A stretch of DNA of 64,000 nt, from assembly GCA_963766715.1 (NCBI GenBank), contig CAVYBH010000017.1:1-64000 (forward strand), written 5' to 3'. Shown piece after piece: positions 24,628 through 35,307 of the stretch. The position numbers were made by a program, and so were the translations under genes. The notes beneath the pieces are model-generated. The model worked only from the letters and a program-made list of their open reading frames with translations, made no database searches and was not told the origin of the DNA. Positions within the stretch are counted from its first letter, which is position 1. Every line of letters starts with the position of its first letter. Source of the DNA: an uncultured delta proteobacterium. GTDB taxonomy: Bacteria; Myxococcota; Myxococcia; Myxococcales; Anaeromyxobacteraceae.

Positions 24628-25891
24628 GTGAATCCGATCAACTCTGGCGACACCGCCTTCGTCCTCCTGAGCGCGGGCCTGGTCATGTTCATGACCCCGG
24701 GCCTGGCGTTCTTCTACGGCGGCCTGGTCCGCGCCAAGAACGTCGTCCACACCATGATCCTCTCCATCGTCTGCATGGCGGTGGTGGGCGTCCTCTGGGC
24801 GGTCGTCGGCTACAGCCTGTCCTTCTCCACGGGCGCGTTCGACTGGTTCCTCGGCGGTCCGCACTGGTTCGTCCTCCGCGGCGTCGGGGCCGACGTCCAG
24901 AAGGACCTGGCCCCCACCATCCCCCACACGGCCTTCATGCTCTTCCAGGGCATGTTCGCGGTCATCACCCCGGCGCTCATCTCCGGCGCGCTGGTGGAGC
25001 GCATCCGGGTGAAGGCCTTCGTGCTCTTCGTCGTCCTCTGGAGCCTCATCGTCTACACGCCGGTGGCGCACTGGGTCTGGGCGCCGGGCGGCTGGCTGCG
25101 CGCCCGCGGGGTGCTCGACTTCGCCGGCGGCACGGTCGTCCACATCAACGCGGCAGCCGCGGCCATCGTGGGCGCGCTCCTGCTCGGCAAGCGGCGCGGG
25201 CTGAAGGCGCCCACCACGCTGCCGCACAACGTCCCCTTCGTGATCCTCGGGGCCGGCATGCTCTGGTTCGGCTGGCTCGGCTTCAACGGCGGCTCGGCGC
25301 TCGCGGCCAACGGGCGTCGCCGCCTACGCCTTCGCGAACACCTTCTTCGCCCCCGCCGCGGCCGCGGCGGCCTGGGGCCTCGCCGAGCTCTTCTTCTTCC
25401 ACGGCAAGATGTCGGGGGTCGGGCTCGCCTCGGGCGCGGTGGCCGGCATGGTCGCCATCACCCCGGCGTGCGGGTTCGTCACGCCCGCCTCGGCCCTCCT
25501 CATCGGCGGCCTCGCCGGACTCGCTTCCCTGCTCGCCGTCCGGTACCGCCCGAAGCTCGGCATCGACGACTCACTCGACGTCTTCGCGGTGCACGGCGTC
25601 GCCGCCACCCTGGGCGCGCTCCTCACCGGCGTGCTCGCCACCAAGCTCGTGAACCCCGACGGCGCCGACGGCAGCCTCTCCCTGCTCGGCTGGCAGGCCG
25701 TGGGCGTGATCGTCACCCTGGTCTGGTCCGGCACCCTCTCCTTCCTCCTCTACAAGGTGGTCGGCTTCGTCTTCCCGCTTCGCGCCGACGAGCAGGACGA
25801 GTGGAGCGGCATGGACTCGTCCGAAAGCGGGGAGCGCGGCTACATCCACACCGACATCGAGTCCTCGTCGGGAGGCACGGCCCACGCCTGA
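24628..25891 (+). CDS. amtB: Ammonium transporter (frameshift near 25315)
   Basis: INSGDTAF, MTPGLAFFYGG, FQGMFAVIT, DFAGGTVVH, LWFGWLGFN; then VAITPACG, IDDSLDVFAVHG in ORF 25409-25891. Confidence 0.95.
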
Positions 25892-26055
25892 TCCGGCCGG
25901 ACCGCTGGCGGCCGATCGGCCCGTCGCGACGCTCGCGGCGGGCCGTCCCTTTTCAGGCGATGGGGTGCGTGGGAGCGAAGCACCCCCTGCGCGCGGGGCG
26001 GGCAGCGGCTCGCCGGGCGGGGGCCCCTTCCCCGGAAATCACTTCCCGTGGAGAT

Positions 26056-26071
26056 CGGCACGGCGGGTGCA
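26056..26071 (+). promoter_or_regulatory. Sigma54 -24/-12 promoter
   Basis: CGGCACGGCGGGTGCA = GG-N10-GC, about 60 nt upstream of ATG 26131. Confidence 0.6.
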
Positions 26072-26130
26072 GTGTCGTCGAAGCGTCAGTCACGTTCGCG
26101 CCCGCGCGACCACACACAGGGAGTCCATCG

Positions 26131-26946
26131 ATGAAGAAGATCGTCCGCATCCTCGCCGCCTGCGCCCTCGCGCTCTCCGCGCAGACCGCCTGGGCGACCC
26201 CTTCCACGCTCTTCTGGACGCCGGCCACGACCTACATGCAGCCGTTCCTGCTGCCGCACCTGGGCCTCGACACCTACTTCAACGACAAGGCCGCCTACCC
26301 CATCGACCTGGGGCTGACCATCGGCGTGCTTCCCTTCGAGAAGTGGCAGGCCGAGGTGGGCGTCGACTTCTTCTTCCCGTACGTGAACTACTTCTTCGCG
26401 CAGCCCGCCGGGGCGCTGCAGCTCAACGCCAAGGGCGGGGTCGTCGAGGGCGCCTACGGTGAGTGGTTCCCCGGCATCACCGCGGGCATCTACGGTGTCG
26501 GCCTGAACCAGGGCACCCAGTTCGACATCCTGCACGCCGAGATCGGCAAGACCTTCTTCTTCGGCGCGCTCACCGTGGGTGGATACTACGGCGCCGGGGG
26601 ATCGAACCGCGATCTGGAGCGACGCCGACGGCGTGGTGCTCAGACCCGCGGCGGCCTCATCGCCTCCTACATCTCACCGGACTTCGTCCTCGACCTGAAG
26701 GGGCTCTACAAGATCAACTTCTTCGCCGACGTCCAGACGGGCAACAACGCCTTCGGCGCGGTCGCCGGCGGCGTCGGGGTGTACCTCACACCCGCCATCG
26801 ACATCCTCACCGGCCCGGTCTTCTTCTTGAACAAGTACTCGCAGCCCGGCCTCTCGACCATGATGTGGTCGGTCCAGCTCGACATCGACATCGACTTCGG
26901 CTCGAAGCCGCCGGAGCCGGTCAAGGCGGAGCCTGCAAAGTCGTAG
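26131..26946 (+). CDS. Secreted probable outer-membrane beta-barrel protein
   Basis: Signal peptide MKKIVRILAACALALSAQTAWA; alternating amphipathic strands rich in aromatics and Gly; likely compensated indels near 26605-26640. Confidence 0.7.
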   Translation: MKKIVRILAACALALSAQTAWATPSTLFWTPATTYMQPFLLPHLGLDTYFNDKAAYPIDLGLTIGVLPFEKWQAEVGVDFFFPYVNYFFAQPAGALQLNAKGGVVEGAYGEWFPGITAGIYGVGLNQGTQFDILHAEIGKTFFFGALTVGGYYGAGGSNRDLERRRRRGAQTRGGLIASYISPDFVLDLKGLYKINFFADVQTGNNAFGAVAGGVGVYLTPAIDILTGPVFFLNKYSQPGLSTMMWSVQLDIDIDFGSKPPEPVKAEPAKS

Positions 26947-27021
26947 CGCGCGTGGGGCGCATCAGGGGGCGGTCCTGGAGCGGCGGGCTCCGGGGCCGCC
27001 CCTGCTTTTCGCCGAGGAGGG

Positions 27022-27507
27022 CTAGACGCGGATCTGCTGGATGACCGTGTCGAAGACCACGAACTCGAGCTTGTCGCGCTCCTCCGGCCCCATCCCGGTG
27101 AAGGCGAACGCCACCCGCACCGCGGCCGGCTGGATGGCGGCGCCCACCACGCGAGCCCGGCCGTGCAGCATCTCCGAGCCGGGCAACCGCAACTGGACCT
27201 TCACGTCCTCGTCGGTGGGAGGCGACTTGGCGAGCAGCGCGGAGAACCCGCCGGTCGAGAGGTCCTGCGTCACCACCCGGACCTTGTCGACGCTCCACTC
27301 GAGATCGGCCTGCAGCGCCCGGGCGACGCGAAGGGCCTGTCGCGGCGTCTCCCCGGCCCGGAGCGCCGCCGCCTGCGCGCCGAGCAGGGCCCGGGCCAGC
27401 TCGTCGCGGCCGGCCCGGTAGTCGGCCAGCGCGTCACCGGAGAGCTTGCCCGCCCGCGCCTGCTCGTGCTGCGCCTTGAACTGGACGAGCCATTCCTTGA
27501 GACTCAT
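27022..27507 (-). CDS. PilZ-domain protein
   Basis: RQALR (RxxxR) and DLSTGG (D/NxSxxG) c-di-GMP motifs; AFAFTGM C-terminus. Confidence 0.8.
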   Translation of the reverse strand: MSLKEWLVQFKAQHEQARAGKLSGDALADYRAGRDELARALLGAQAAALRAGETPRQALRVARALQADLEWSVDKVRVVTQDLSTGGFSALLAKSPPTDEDVKVQLRLPGSEMLHGRARVVGAAIQPAAVRVAFAFTGMGPEERDKLEFVVFDTVIQQIRV

Positions 27508-27559
27508 GCGGCACCCCCCCGAGGTCGCCGCATGTTACCAAAGGTGCAGCGAGGCGCCA

Positions 27560-28390
27560 TTACCCGCCGTGCGCGGCCAGGCCCAGGATGGCTCGCGCCT
27601 CTGCGGGGGTCGCGAGGTCCCGCCCGGACGCGCGCACCATCCGGACCGCCTCCGCCACGAGCTCGCCGTTCCCCTTCGCGAGCACGCCCTTCGACAGGTA
27701 GAGGTTGTCCTCCAGGCCCACCCGCACGTGCCCCCCGAGCCGCAGCGAGAGCTCCGCCATGGGCATCTCGAACCGGCCGATGCCGGCCACGGTCCAGTGG
27801 GCCGGCTCCGGCATTCCCTCGACGAGGAAGCGCAGGTTGCGCTCGTTTCCCGACATCCCCCCCGGCACCCCGAGCACGAACTGCACGTGATACGGCTGCG
27901 CCAGGTGCCCCTTGTCGAGGAGCCAGCGAAGCGTCTCGAGCATGCCGGCGTCGTACACCTCGCACTCCGGCAGGAGACCTCGCTCCCGGATGCGCCCCGC
28001 GATGCGGACGATGTCGGGCCGCGAGTTCACGAACACGTCGTCGCCGAAGTTCAGGGTTCCCATGTTGAGGGTCGCCATCTCGGCGCCGGGGACGAGCGAC
28101 CCGAGACGCTCCTCGACGCCCATCCCCACCGCCCCGCCGGTGGAGCACTGGAGGACCAGGTCGGAACCGGCCGCCCGGATCCGATCGACGATCTCCCGGA
28201 AGTGCGCCGGCTCCTGCGAGGGTCGGCCGTCGGGGTGGCGGGCGTGCAGGTGGACCACCGCAGCGCCCTGCCGCCAGGCCTCCAGCGAGGCCCGGGCGAT
28301 CTCCTCGGGCGTGTACGGCACGGCGGGGCTCTGCGCCCGGGTCACCTCGGCGCCGACGACCGCGCAGGTGACGATGGCCTTCTCTCCCAT
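27560..28390 (-). CDS. kce: 3-keto-5-aminohexanoate cleavage enzyme (BKACE family)
   Basis: ITCAVVGAE, PYTPEEIA, VHLHAR, STGG, HVRVGLEDN; lysine-pathway context. Confidence 0.92.
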   Translation of the reverse strand: MGEKAIVTCAVVGAEVTRAQSPAVPYTPEEIARASLEAWRQGAAVVHLHARHPDGRPSQEPAHFREIVDRIRAAGSDLVLQCSTGGAVGMGVEERLGSLVPGAEMATLNMGTLNFGDDVFVNSRPDIVRIAGRIRERGLLPECEVYDAGMLETLRWLLDKGHLAQPYHVQFVLGVPGGMSGNERNLRFLVEGMPEPAHWTVAGIGRFEMPMAELSLRLGGHVRVGLEDNLYLSKGVLAKGNGELVAEAVRMVRASGRDLATPAEARAILGLAAHGG

Positions 28391-28402
28391 GAAACCTCCG
28401 GG

Positions 28403-28798
28403 CTAGACGCGAACGCGGCGCTGCTTGTCGAGCGGGACGACGCAGGTCCCGACGGCCCGGCACACCACCACCGGCTCGGCGAGGAAATCCGCGGCGCTGT
28501 CGGAGAGGTCGGCTCGCGGCCCGATCACCTTGCGGGCCTCGAAGCGCATCACCCGCGAGGTCTTGCCCACGCGCGTGATCTCGCCCGTGACCTCGACGTA
28601 GTCACCGGCGTGGACCGGGGCCAGGAACTCCACCTGCTCGTAGGCCCGGAAGAGCCCCTCGTCGCCGTCGTGGCGGATGAGCAGCTCGGTGGCCACGTCG
28701 CCGAAGAGCTGCAGCATGCGGGCGCCGTCGACCAGGTTGCCCCCGTAGTGGGCGTCGGCCTGGGACATGCGCATCCGGATGAGGACCCCGTCAGCCAT
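28403..28798 (-). CDS. kal: 3-aminobutyryl-CoA ammonia lyase (hotdog fold)
   Basis: [41 protein letters not shown] signature. Confidence 0.92.
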   Translation of the reverse strand: MADGVLIRMRMSQADAHYGGNLVDGARMLQLFGDVATELLIRHDGDEGLFRAYEQVEFLAPVHAGDYVEVTGEITRVGKTSRVMRFEARKVIGPRADLSDSAADFLAEPVVVCRAVGTCVVPLDKQRRVRV

Positions 28799-29555
28799 CT
28801 CGCACCTCCGGGTGCGCCTTGCCGGCCTTCTCGAGCACGCGCCCCACGATGTAGTTCGCCACGTCGGACGGCTTCGTTCCCGGCCCGAACCCGGCGTCGT
28901 ATCCCAGCTCCAGCGCCAGCCGGTGGTCGATGCGCGGCCCGCCGAGGATCGCCACCACGTCGTTCCGGATGCCGCACTTCACGAGCTCGGCCAGGAAGGC
29001 CCTGGCGTTCTCCTTGTGGACGTCCCGCTGTGTCACCACCTGCGAGACCAGCACGGCGTCGGCGCGGGATTCCTGGCAGGCCCGGGCGAGGGCGGCGTTC
29101 TCCACCTGCGATCCCAGGTTGCGCGCGTCGAAGCCCGGGTAGCGCTCCAGGCCGTAGTCCCCGGCGAAGCCCTTCATGTTCATGATGGCGTCGATCCCGA
29201 CCGCATGGGCGTCGGAGCCGGTGCAGGCGCCCAGCACGACGATGCGGCGGCCGAGATCCCGGGCCACCAGCTCGTTCAGGTCGTCGAAGCCCAGCTTGCG
29301 CCCCTTCACCTCCGGCAGGTCGATGCCCGCCAGGTCCACCGACGCCTCCGTGCGCCCGTAGACCACGAAGAAGGTGTAGCCCTCGGCCGCCTTCTCCATG
29401 GCGGCCACGTGGACCTGGGAGAGCCCCAGCTTCGCCGCGAGGAGCTTGGCCGCCTCCCGGGCGAGGTCCCCACCCGCGACGGGAAGGACGAAGGACAGCT
29501 GCACGACGCCGTCGTCGCGCCGATCGCCGTACGGGCGGACCTCGTTCCGCGGCAT
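28791..29555 (-). CDS. kamE: Lysine 5,6-aminomutase beta subunit (B12-binding)
   Basis: [23 protein letters not shown] (DxHxxG), [24 protein letters not shown]. Confidence 0.93.
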   Translation of the reverse strand: MPRNEVRPYGDRRDDGVVQLSFVLPVAGGDLAREAAKLLAAKLGLSQVHVAAMEKAAEGYTFFVVYGRTEASVDLAGIDLPEVKGRKLGFDDLNELVARDLGRRIVVLGACTGSDAHAVGIDAIMNMKGFAGDYGLERYPGFDARNLGSQVENAALARACQESRADAVLVSQVVTQRDVHKENARAFLAELVKCGIRNDVVAILGGPRIDHRLALELGYDAGFGPGTKPSDVANYIVGRVLEKAGKAHPEVRDG

Positions 29556-29572
29556 TCGCTCGCGCGGGCCGG

Positions 29573-30082
29573 TCACGGCTCGCCTCCCAGCCGCGCCGTC
29601 GCCACCAGGCGCCGCTGCACGTCGATGGTCTCGCGCGACACGGGGGCCCGGCCGGCCAGCCAGACCCGGTACTGCTCGCCCCGGTCGCACATCGCCCAGG
29701 CCCAGCCGTGCCACCCTGCCTGGTCGGCCTCCTGCGCCACCGCCTTCTTCCCGGCGAAGGTCGAGGGATGGCGCCTCACGCCCTCGAGCGAGGAGGCCCC
29801 GCGCGCCAGGACCTCCTCCGCGCTGGAGAGGCAGGCCGAGGCCGTCCCGGCCACCGCGGAGGCCCGGACCTCGAGCAGCGCGTCACCGGACGGGGAGACG
29901 AGCTTCACCTGCCGGGCCCCGCCGTCGGCCCGCCAGTCGGAGGGGGCCTGGAACTGGAGGTCGGCGACCGAGTAGATGCGGCCGGCCCCGTCGGGCGTCG
30001 GCCGTGAGACCGGAGCGACGCGCGCGCAGGCGCCGGCCAGAAGCGCGAGCAGCGCGGCCCGAAGGACGGGAGAGCGCCTCAT
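29573..30082 (-). CDS. Hypothetical lipoprotein
   Basis: Lipobox LLAGAC; overlaps the kamD stop (ATGA); FQAPSDW start reminiscent of PsbP/DcrB-like folds. Confidence 0.7.
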   Translation of the reverse strand: MRRSPVLRAALLALLAGACARVAPVSRPTPDGAGRIYSVADLQFQAPSDWRADGGARQVKLVSPSGDALLEVRASAVAGTASACLSSAEEVLARGASSLEGVRRHPSTFAGKKAVAQEADQAGWHGWAWAMCDRGEQYRVWLAGRAPVSRETIDVQRRLVATARLGGEP

Positions 30083-31653
30083 TCCCGCCCCTCCAGGATG
30101 TCGAGGAAGGGGTTGAAGTACCCCGGGCCCCGCTCGACGACGCCGGAGAGCCCCTTGCCGCCGTCCTCGGCCCGGGCGACGTCGCCGAAACGGGCCTTGC
30201 CGATGGACGCGAACAGGCCGGCGTCCGCGACCTCCTCCAGGAGATCGAGGGCCTTTCCGAGCGTCTCCCTGGCCCTCCCCTCCACCATGCCACCGGGGCG
30301 GAACTGGATCTCGCCGCCCATCGACTTCCAGGCCCGGTAGACGTAGTCGGCGCTCTTCAGCGCGACGTAGCGATCCATGAGGAACGGGTTGTGCATCGCC
30401 TCGGTCATCATGCCCAGGAGCTGGATCGACTGGCCGGTGACGCGCCCCACCACGTCGGCCATGACGTCATAGGCGTGGCTGAAGAAGATGTCTCCCTCCT
30501 TGTGCTTGGTGGGAGGCATGTACTTGATGGGCGCGTCCGGGAAGAGGGTCCGGACGAGCAGCGCCTGGGCCATCTCGCGGGCCAGCGTGTCGTCGCGGTG
30601 CGGATCGATCTCGAAGCTGTGGCCCAGCCCGATGAGCCGGTCGGGCAGGCCGGCCCTGTGCGCGAAGGACTCGTTCACGAACTGGCTCGCGATGACGGTG
30701 TGCGCGGCCTCGTCCGCGTCGGCGGTGGTGATGTAGTTGTCCTCGCCGGTGTTGATGATCACGTCGGCGAAGGCGGTGATCCGGCGCGAGAAGTACTGGT
30801 CGCAGAGGGTCCGCTTCATGTTGATGTCGCGGAAGAGGATCCCGTACATCGCGTCGTTGAGCAGCATGTCGAGCCGCTCCCAGGCCGCCGCGTAGGCGAT
30901 CTCCCCCATGCAGAGCCCGGACGCGTAGTTCGTGAGCATCACGTAGCGCTTCAGGCGGCGCGACTCCTCGTCGAGCGCCTCGCGCATGATGCGGAAGTTC
31001 TCCTGGGTGGCGTAGGTGCCCCCGTAGCCCTCGGTGGTGGCGCCGTGCGGGACGTAGTCGAGCAGCGACTGCGCGGTCGAGCGGATCACCGCGATGATGT
31101 CGGCGCCGGCCTGCGAGGCGGCCCGGGCCTGCTCCACGTCGTCGTGGATGTTCCCGGTGGCGACGATGAGGTACTTGTGCGGCCGGGGGCCCATGCCCAG
31201 CTCGGCCTTCAGCGCGTTGCGCTGCGCGACCCGGCGCCGGAGCTCCCCTGCGCTCGCGCGGGCCTCGGCGCGCATCTCCACCCGCAGGGACTCCTCCTCT
31301 CCCGGCGGGAGAGGCTCCGGGCTCCGGGGCAGGGACGTGATCCGGTCGACGATCTGGAGGGGATCGCGGGCGCCGTGTCGCAGCGCCCAGCCCACCCACC
31401 AGGCCGCCCCCCGGTCGAGGAGCCCGCGCTCGTGGAGGGCGTCGACCATGAGGTTCACGAGCGGGATGCCGCGGGCGCCGGCGTCGTGGAAGCCGAGCTG
31501 CCGGAGCACGGTCCGCTCGATCGACACGGTGGTGTGGCGCTCGACGAAGCCCATCACCTGGCCGCTCACGCGATCGGCGAGCGCCCGGCACCGCGACACC
31601 ACCTCCGGGTCGACGTGCAGGTCCGGCACCGTGCGCCCGTCGGGGATTTGCAT
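30079..31653 (-). CDS. kamD: Lysine 5,6-aminomutase alpha subunit
   Basis: HTTVSIER, IVATGNI, RSTAQSLLDY, GTYATQENF, NYASGLC, NTGEDNY, KYMPPTK. Confidence 0.95.
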   Translation of the reverse strand: MQIPDGRTVPDLHVDPEVVSRCRALADRVSGQVMGFVERHTTVSIERTVLRQLGFHDAGARGIPLVNLMVDALHERGLLDRGAAWWVGWALRHGARDPLQIVDRITSLPRSPEPLPPGEEESLRVEMRAEARASAGELRRRVAQRNALKAELGMGPRPHKYLIVATGNIHDDVEQARAASQAGADIIAVIRSTAQSLLDYVPHGATTEGYGGTYATQENFRIMREALDEESRRLKRYVMLTNYASGLCMGEIAYAAAWERLDMLLNDAMYGILFRDINMKRTLCDQYFSRRITAFADVIINTGEDNYITTADADEAAHTVIASQFVNESFAHRAGLPDRLIGLGHSFEIDPHRDDTLAREMAQALLVRTLFPDAPIKYMPPTKHKEGDIFFSHAYDVMADVVGRVTGQSIQLLGMMTEAMHNPFLMDRYVALKSADYVYRAWKSMGGEIQFRPGGMVEGRARETLGKALDLLEEVADAGLFASIGKARFGDVARAEDGGKGLSGVVERGPGYFNPFLDILEGRE

Positions 31654-31662
31654 GGCCGATTC

Positions 31663-32979
31663 CTACGCCGAGGACGGAGCGTGAGCAACCTCGCGACCGA
31701 GATCGACCCCCGCGTCCCCGGCCCGGACCGTCACCCGATCGCCCCGCGAGGCGCCTCCCGCCGCGAAGCGGACCTGCACGTACCGGCGAGAGGTGCCGGT
31801 GGCCAGGCCGTCCTTCACCCGCTCGACGACCACCTCCAGGTCCTGTCCCCGCAGTCCGTCCAGGAAGGCCGCGCGGCTCCGCTCCCCCGCCTCCCGGAGC
31901 TCCGCCGCCCGGCGCTCCACCTCCGCCGACGGCACGCGATCCGCCATCGAGGCGGCTGCCGTCCCGGGACGGGGCGAGAAGGGGAACACGTGGAGGTGGA
32001 CGACGGGCAGCCCTCCCAGGAGCGCCAGGGTGGCGCGGTGGTCCTCCTCCGCCTCGCCCGGGAAGCCGGTCAGGACGTCGGCGCCCACCGCCGCGCCGGG
32101 GCGGGCGCGCAGGACGGCCTCCACGACGCGGGCATAGTCGGCCGCGCGATATGGGCGGCCCATGGCGGCGAGGATCCTGTCCGACCCGCTCTGCAGGGGA
32201 AGGTGGAAGTGCTCGCAGAGGATCCGGCTCCCGTCCTCCCGGAGGAACGGCAAGGGAAGGTCCATCGGCTCCACGGACGAGAGGCGGACCCGGTGAACCG
32301 CCCGCGCGGCCGCCACGGCCCGGAGGAGCTCGGCGAGGTCCCGTCGAGGCGACAGGTCGAGGCCCCAGGCTCCCAGGTGGACGCCGGCGAGCACCACCTC
32401 GGGGCGAATGCGGCCCACCGACGCGATGCGCGCCAGGCATCCGTCGAGATCGAGCGAGCGGGAAGCGCCGCGAGCGATGGGAACGGCGCAGTAGGCGCAG
32501 GCGTCGTCGCATCCATCCTGGATCTTGAGGACGGGGCGGGCCGGGCCGGCCGCCGGATTGGGCGCGGCGTCCCACGAGGGCGCATCCCTGCGCGCGGCCG
32601 CGATGGCCGAGTCCGGCGAATGGCCGGCGCGCAGCCGGGCCAGGACGCCCGGGACCGACGCGTGGTCGCGCGGCTCGATCACCGCCGCGACCCCGGGGAG
32701 TCCGGCGAGCACGCTGGACTCGAAGGCCGCGTGACAGCCCGCCACCAGGATCCGGGCGCCGGGGTGTTCCCGGGCGGCCCTCCGGATGGCCTTCCGGGAG
32801 GAAGCCGCGGCGTCGGAGGTGACCGAGCAGGTGGCGACGACCACCCAGTCGGCGCCCTCCCCTGGCCGGGCGGCGCGAAAGTCCGGGCCGAGCGCAGCCG
32901 TCATCGACGCCGAGTCGGTCCGGCCGACGCGGCAGCCGAGGGCCACGACGGCCACCTTATGCGCGCGCGATCCGTCCAC
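31663..32979 (-). CDS. mtaB: MiaB-family methylthiotransferase, MtaB-like
   Basis: [26 protein letters not shown] radical-SAM motif, [11 protein letters not shown]; adjacent to mnmA. Confidence 0.8.
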   Translation of the reverse strand: MDGSRAHKVAVVALGCRVGRTDSASMTAALGPDFRAARPGEGADWVVVATCSVTSDAAASSRKAIRRAAREHPGARILVAGCHAAFESSVLAGLPGVAAVIEPRDHASVPGVLARLRAGHSPDSAIAAARRDAPSWDAAPNPAAGPARPVLKIQDGCDDACAYCAVPIARGASRSLDLDGCLARIASVGRIRPEVVLAGVHLGAWGLDLSPRRDLAELLRAVAAARAVHRVRLSSVEPMDLPLPFLREDGSRILCEHFHLPLQSGSDRILAAMGRPYRAADYARVVEAVLRARPGAAVGADVLTGFPGEAEEDHRATLALLGGLPVVHLHVFPFSPRPGTAAASMADRVPSAEVERRAAELREAGERSRAAFLDGLRGQDLEVVVERVKDGLATGTSRRYVQVRFAAGGASRGDRVTVRAGDAGVDLGREVAHAPSSA

Positions 32980-34015
32980 CGCCCACCACCTCGTCGCCGT
33001 CGTAGAAGACGGCCGCCTGGCCGGGCGCGACGCCGCGAACCGGGGACCGGAGCCGCACCTGCGCCGAGTCGCCCGGGCCCGGGGCGACCTCTCCGAGCTC
33101 TCCCTCGTGCCGGTGCCGGACCCGGACGCGCAGGAGTGCCGATCCGGGAGGCGCCTGCCCGGAGACCCACCGGACGCCGGCGACGGAGAAGCGGTCGGTC
33201 GAAGCCTCGACGGACGTTCCCACCACCACGCGCGCGGACTCCGGCTCGAGGCGGACCACGTAGGCCGGCTCGGACGGGGCGATCCCGAGTCCCCGCCGCT
33301 GTCCCACGGTGAACCGGTGGACCCCGCCGTGCCGGGCCAGCACCTCTCCGGCCGTGCTCACGATCTCGCCGGGCCTCGACGCGCCAGGGCGCCGCAACTC
33401 GACGAACCGGGCCGCGTCGCCGTCCGTCACGAAGCAGATCTCCTGCGACTCGGGCTTCTCGGAGGTGGCGAGGCCCGCCTCCGCCGCCAGGGCCCGCACG
33501 CGCGGCTTGGGCAGGTGCCCGACCGGGAAGAGCACCTCGGCGAGCTCCGCCTGGCCGAGCCCGTGGAGGAAGTAGCTCTGGTCCTTGGCGGGGTCGGCCC
33601 CGGTGAGCAGCGCCCAGCGGTCCCCGCGGCGCTCCACCCGGGCGTAGTGCCCGGTGGCCAGCCTGGCCGAGAGCGCCCGGGCCCGCCGGAGGAGCCAGTC
33701 GAACTTCACCTCGGAGTTGCAGGCGATGCAGGGGTTCGGCGTGATGCCGGCCAGGTAGTCGTCGACGAAGCGGTCCACCACGCGGCGGCCGAACTCCTCC
33801 TCCACGTTCGCGACGTAGAAGGGGATCCCCAGGCGGACGGCCACGGCGCGGGCATCCTCCAGGTCGTCGGGAGCGCAGCAGGATCTCCCCCGCGATCGGT
33901 CGGAGTAGTCGTGGACCCGGAGCGAGACGCCCACGACCTCGTGCCCCTGCTCGACGAGCAGCGCGGCGGCCGCCGAGGAGTCCACGCCACCGGACATGGC
34001 CACCAGCACCCGCAC
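32957..34015 (-). CDS. mnmA: tRNA 2-thiouridylase
   Basis: [43 protein letters not shown]. Confidence 0.97.
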   Translation of the reverse strand: MRVLVAMSGGVDSSAAAALLVEQGHEVVGVSLRVHDYSDRSRGRSCCAPDDLEDARAVAVRLGIPFYVANVEEEFGRRVVDRFVDDYLAGITPNPCIACNSEVKFDWLLRRARALSARLATGHYARVERRGDRWALLTGADPAKDQSYFLHGLGQAELAEVLFPVGHLPKPRVRALAAEAGLATSEKPESQEICFVTDGDAARFVELRRPGASRPGEIVSTAGEVLARHGGVHRFTVGQRRGLGIAPSEPAYVVRLEPESARVVVGTSVEASTDRFSVAGVRWVSGQAPPGSALLRVRVRHRHEGELGEVAPGPGDSAQVRLRSPVRGVAPGQAAVFYDGDEVVGGGRIARA

Positions 34016-34020
34016 GGAAG

Positions 34021-35235
34021 CTAGCCCGCCGCGGCGCGAAGGGGGATCTCGAGGACGAACTTCGAGCCGGTGAACTGGCGGCGCACGCCCTCCGACTGGA
34101 CGCGGGGCGGGCTCTCGATCGAGATCGTCCCGCCGTGGGCCTCGAGGATGCGCCGGGCCACGGGCAGCCCCAGGCCGCTTCCCGGGTGCTTGGCCCGGTC
34201 GTCCTTGTCGGCGGCGTGGAAGAAGGGCTCGAAGAGGTGCTTCTGATCCTGCGGGGGAATCCCGGGACCCTGGTCGGAGATGGCGAAGCGGAGCGTCGAC
34301 GGGTCGCGCTGGACCTCGACGAGCACCTCGCCGCCATGGGGCGAGAACTTCACGGCGTTGCCCACCACGTTGGCGAGCGCCTGGCGCAGCTTCCGGGGAT
34401 CGGCCGTCACCACGCCCCCGCCCGACTTCTGCACGGCCACGTGGAGCCGGGCCTCGCGGATGGCCGGACGCAGGTCGGCGACCACCTCGTCGGCGAGCGC
34501 GTCGGGGTCGACGCCGGCGGGGAAGAGGACGGCGTCGGAGGCCTGGAGGGAGGCGAAATCGGAGAGGTTCTCGACGACGCGGGTGAGCCGGCCGGTGGCG
34601 CCCTGGATCGACTCCAGGATGCGCTGCTGCTGCGCCGAGAGCGGCCCCAGCTTGTCGGAGGAGAGGATCTTCAGATAGCCGGAGATGGGCGTGAGCGCGG
34701 TGCGCAGCTCATGGGCCAGGTTGCCGATGAAGATGCGGCCGAGCCGGTCGCGCTCGAGGCAGCGGTCCTCCCACTCCCGCGCCTCCCCGATGGCGTGCTC
34801 GAGGTGCCCCGCCATGGAAGCGGAAAGGGCGCGCAGGCCGGCTCGCTCGCCGGCCTCGGGCAGGCGTTCCCGCTGCCCGGCGAGGACCGCGCGGACCTCG
34901 GCGGCGATCCGGGCGTCGTCGACCGGCTTCGAGAGGAACGCGTCGGCGCCGGCGGCGATGGCGACGTCGTGCTCCGACTGCGCGTCGCCGAGCGCGAGGA
35001 AGGGCACCTGGGCGAGCGACTTCTCCTGCTTCAGCCGGGTGGCGATCTCCACGCCGTCGATGTCGGGCAGGTGGACGTCGGCCAGGACCAGGTCGGGCGG
35101 CAGCGTGAGCGCCCGGTGGATCCCGGCGAGCCCCGAGGAGGCCTCGTCGACGGTGAACCCCTCTGCCTCCAACGCGCGCCGGACCCGGGCACGGAATGCG
35201 GCGTCGCTCTCGATGCAGAGGATTCGCTGGGGCAT
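34021..35235 (-). CDS. Hybrid sensor histidine kinase (REC-HisKA-HATPase)
   Basis: Receiver [14 protein letters not shown]...KP; HELRT H-box; NAVKF, DQGPGI, GSGLGL. Confidence 0.9.
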   Translation of the reverse strand: MPQRILCIESDAAFRARVRRALEAEGFTVDEASSGLAGIHRALTLPPDLVLADVHLPDIDGVEIATRLKQEKSLAQVPFLALGDAQSEHDVAIAAGADAFLSKPVDDARIAAEVRAVLAGQRERLPEAGERAGLRALSASMAGHLEHAIGEAREWEDRCLERDRLGRIFIGNLAHELRTALTPISGYLKILSSDKLGPLSAQQQRILESIQGATGRLTRVVENLSDFASLQASDAVLFPAGVDPDALADEVVADLRPAIREARLHVAVQKSGGGVVTADPRKLRQALANVVGNAVKFSPHGGEVLVEVQRDPSTLRFAISDQGPGIPPQDQKHLFEPFFHAADKDDRAKHPGSGLGLPVARRILEAHGGTISIESPPRVQSEGVRRQFTGSKFVLEIPLRAAAG

Positions 35236-35307
35236 GGTCGGGGCGTTTCGGCGCGGGGATGATAGTGCGGCCCGCTGCGGGGGGCTCCCGAAAAACGACG
35301 CAGCGGG

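Noticed and set aside
24628..26946. Apparent 772-aa AmtB-outer membrane protein fusion
   Set aside because: Produced by the amtB frameshift; the second gene has its own promoter, RBS and signal peptide.
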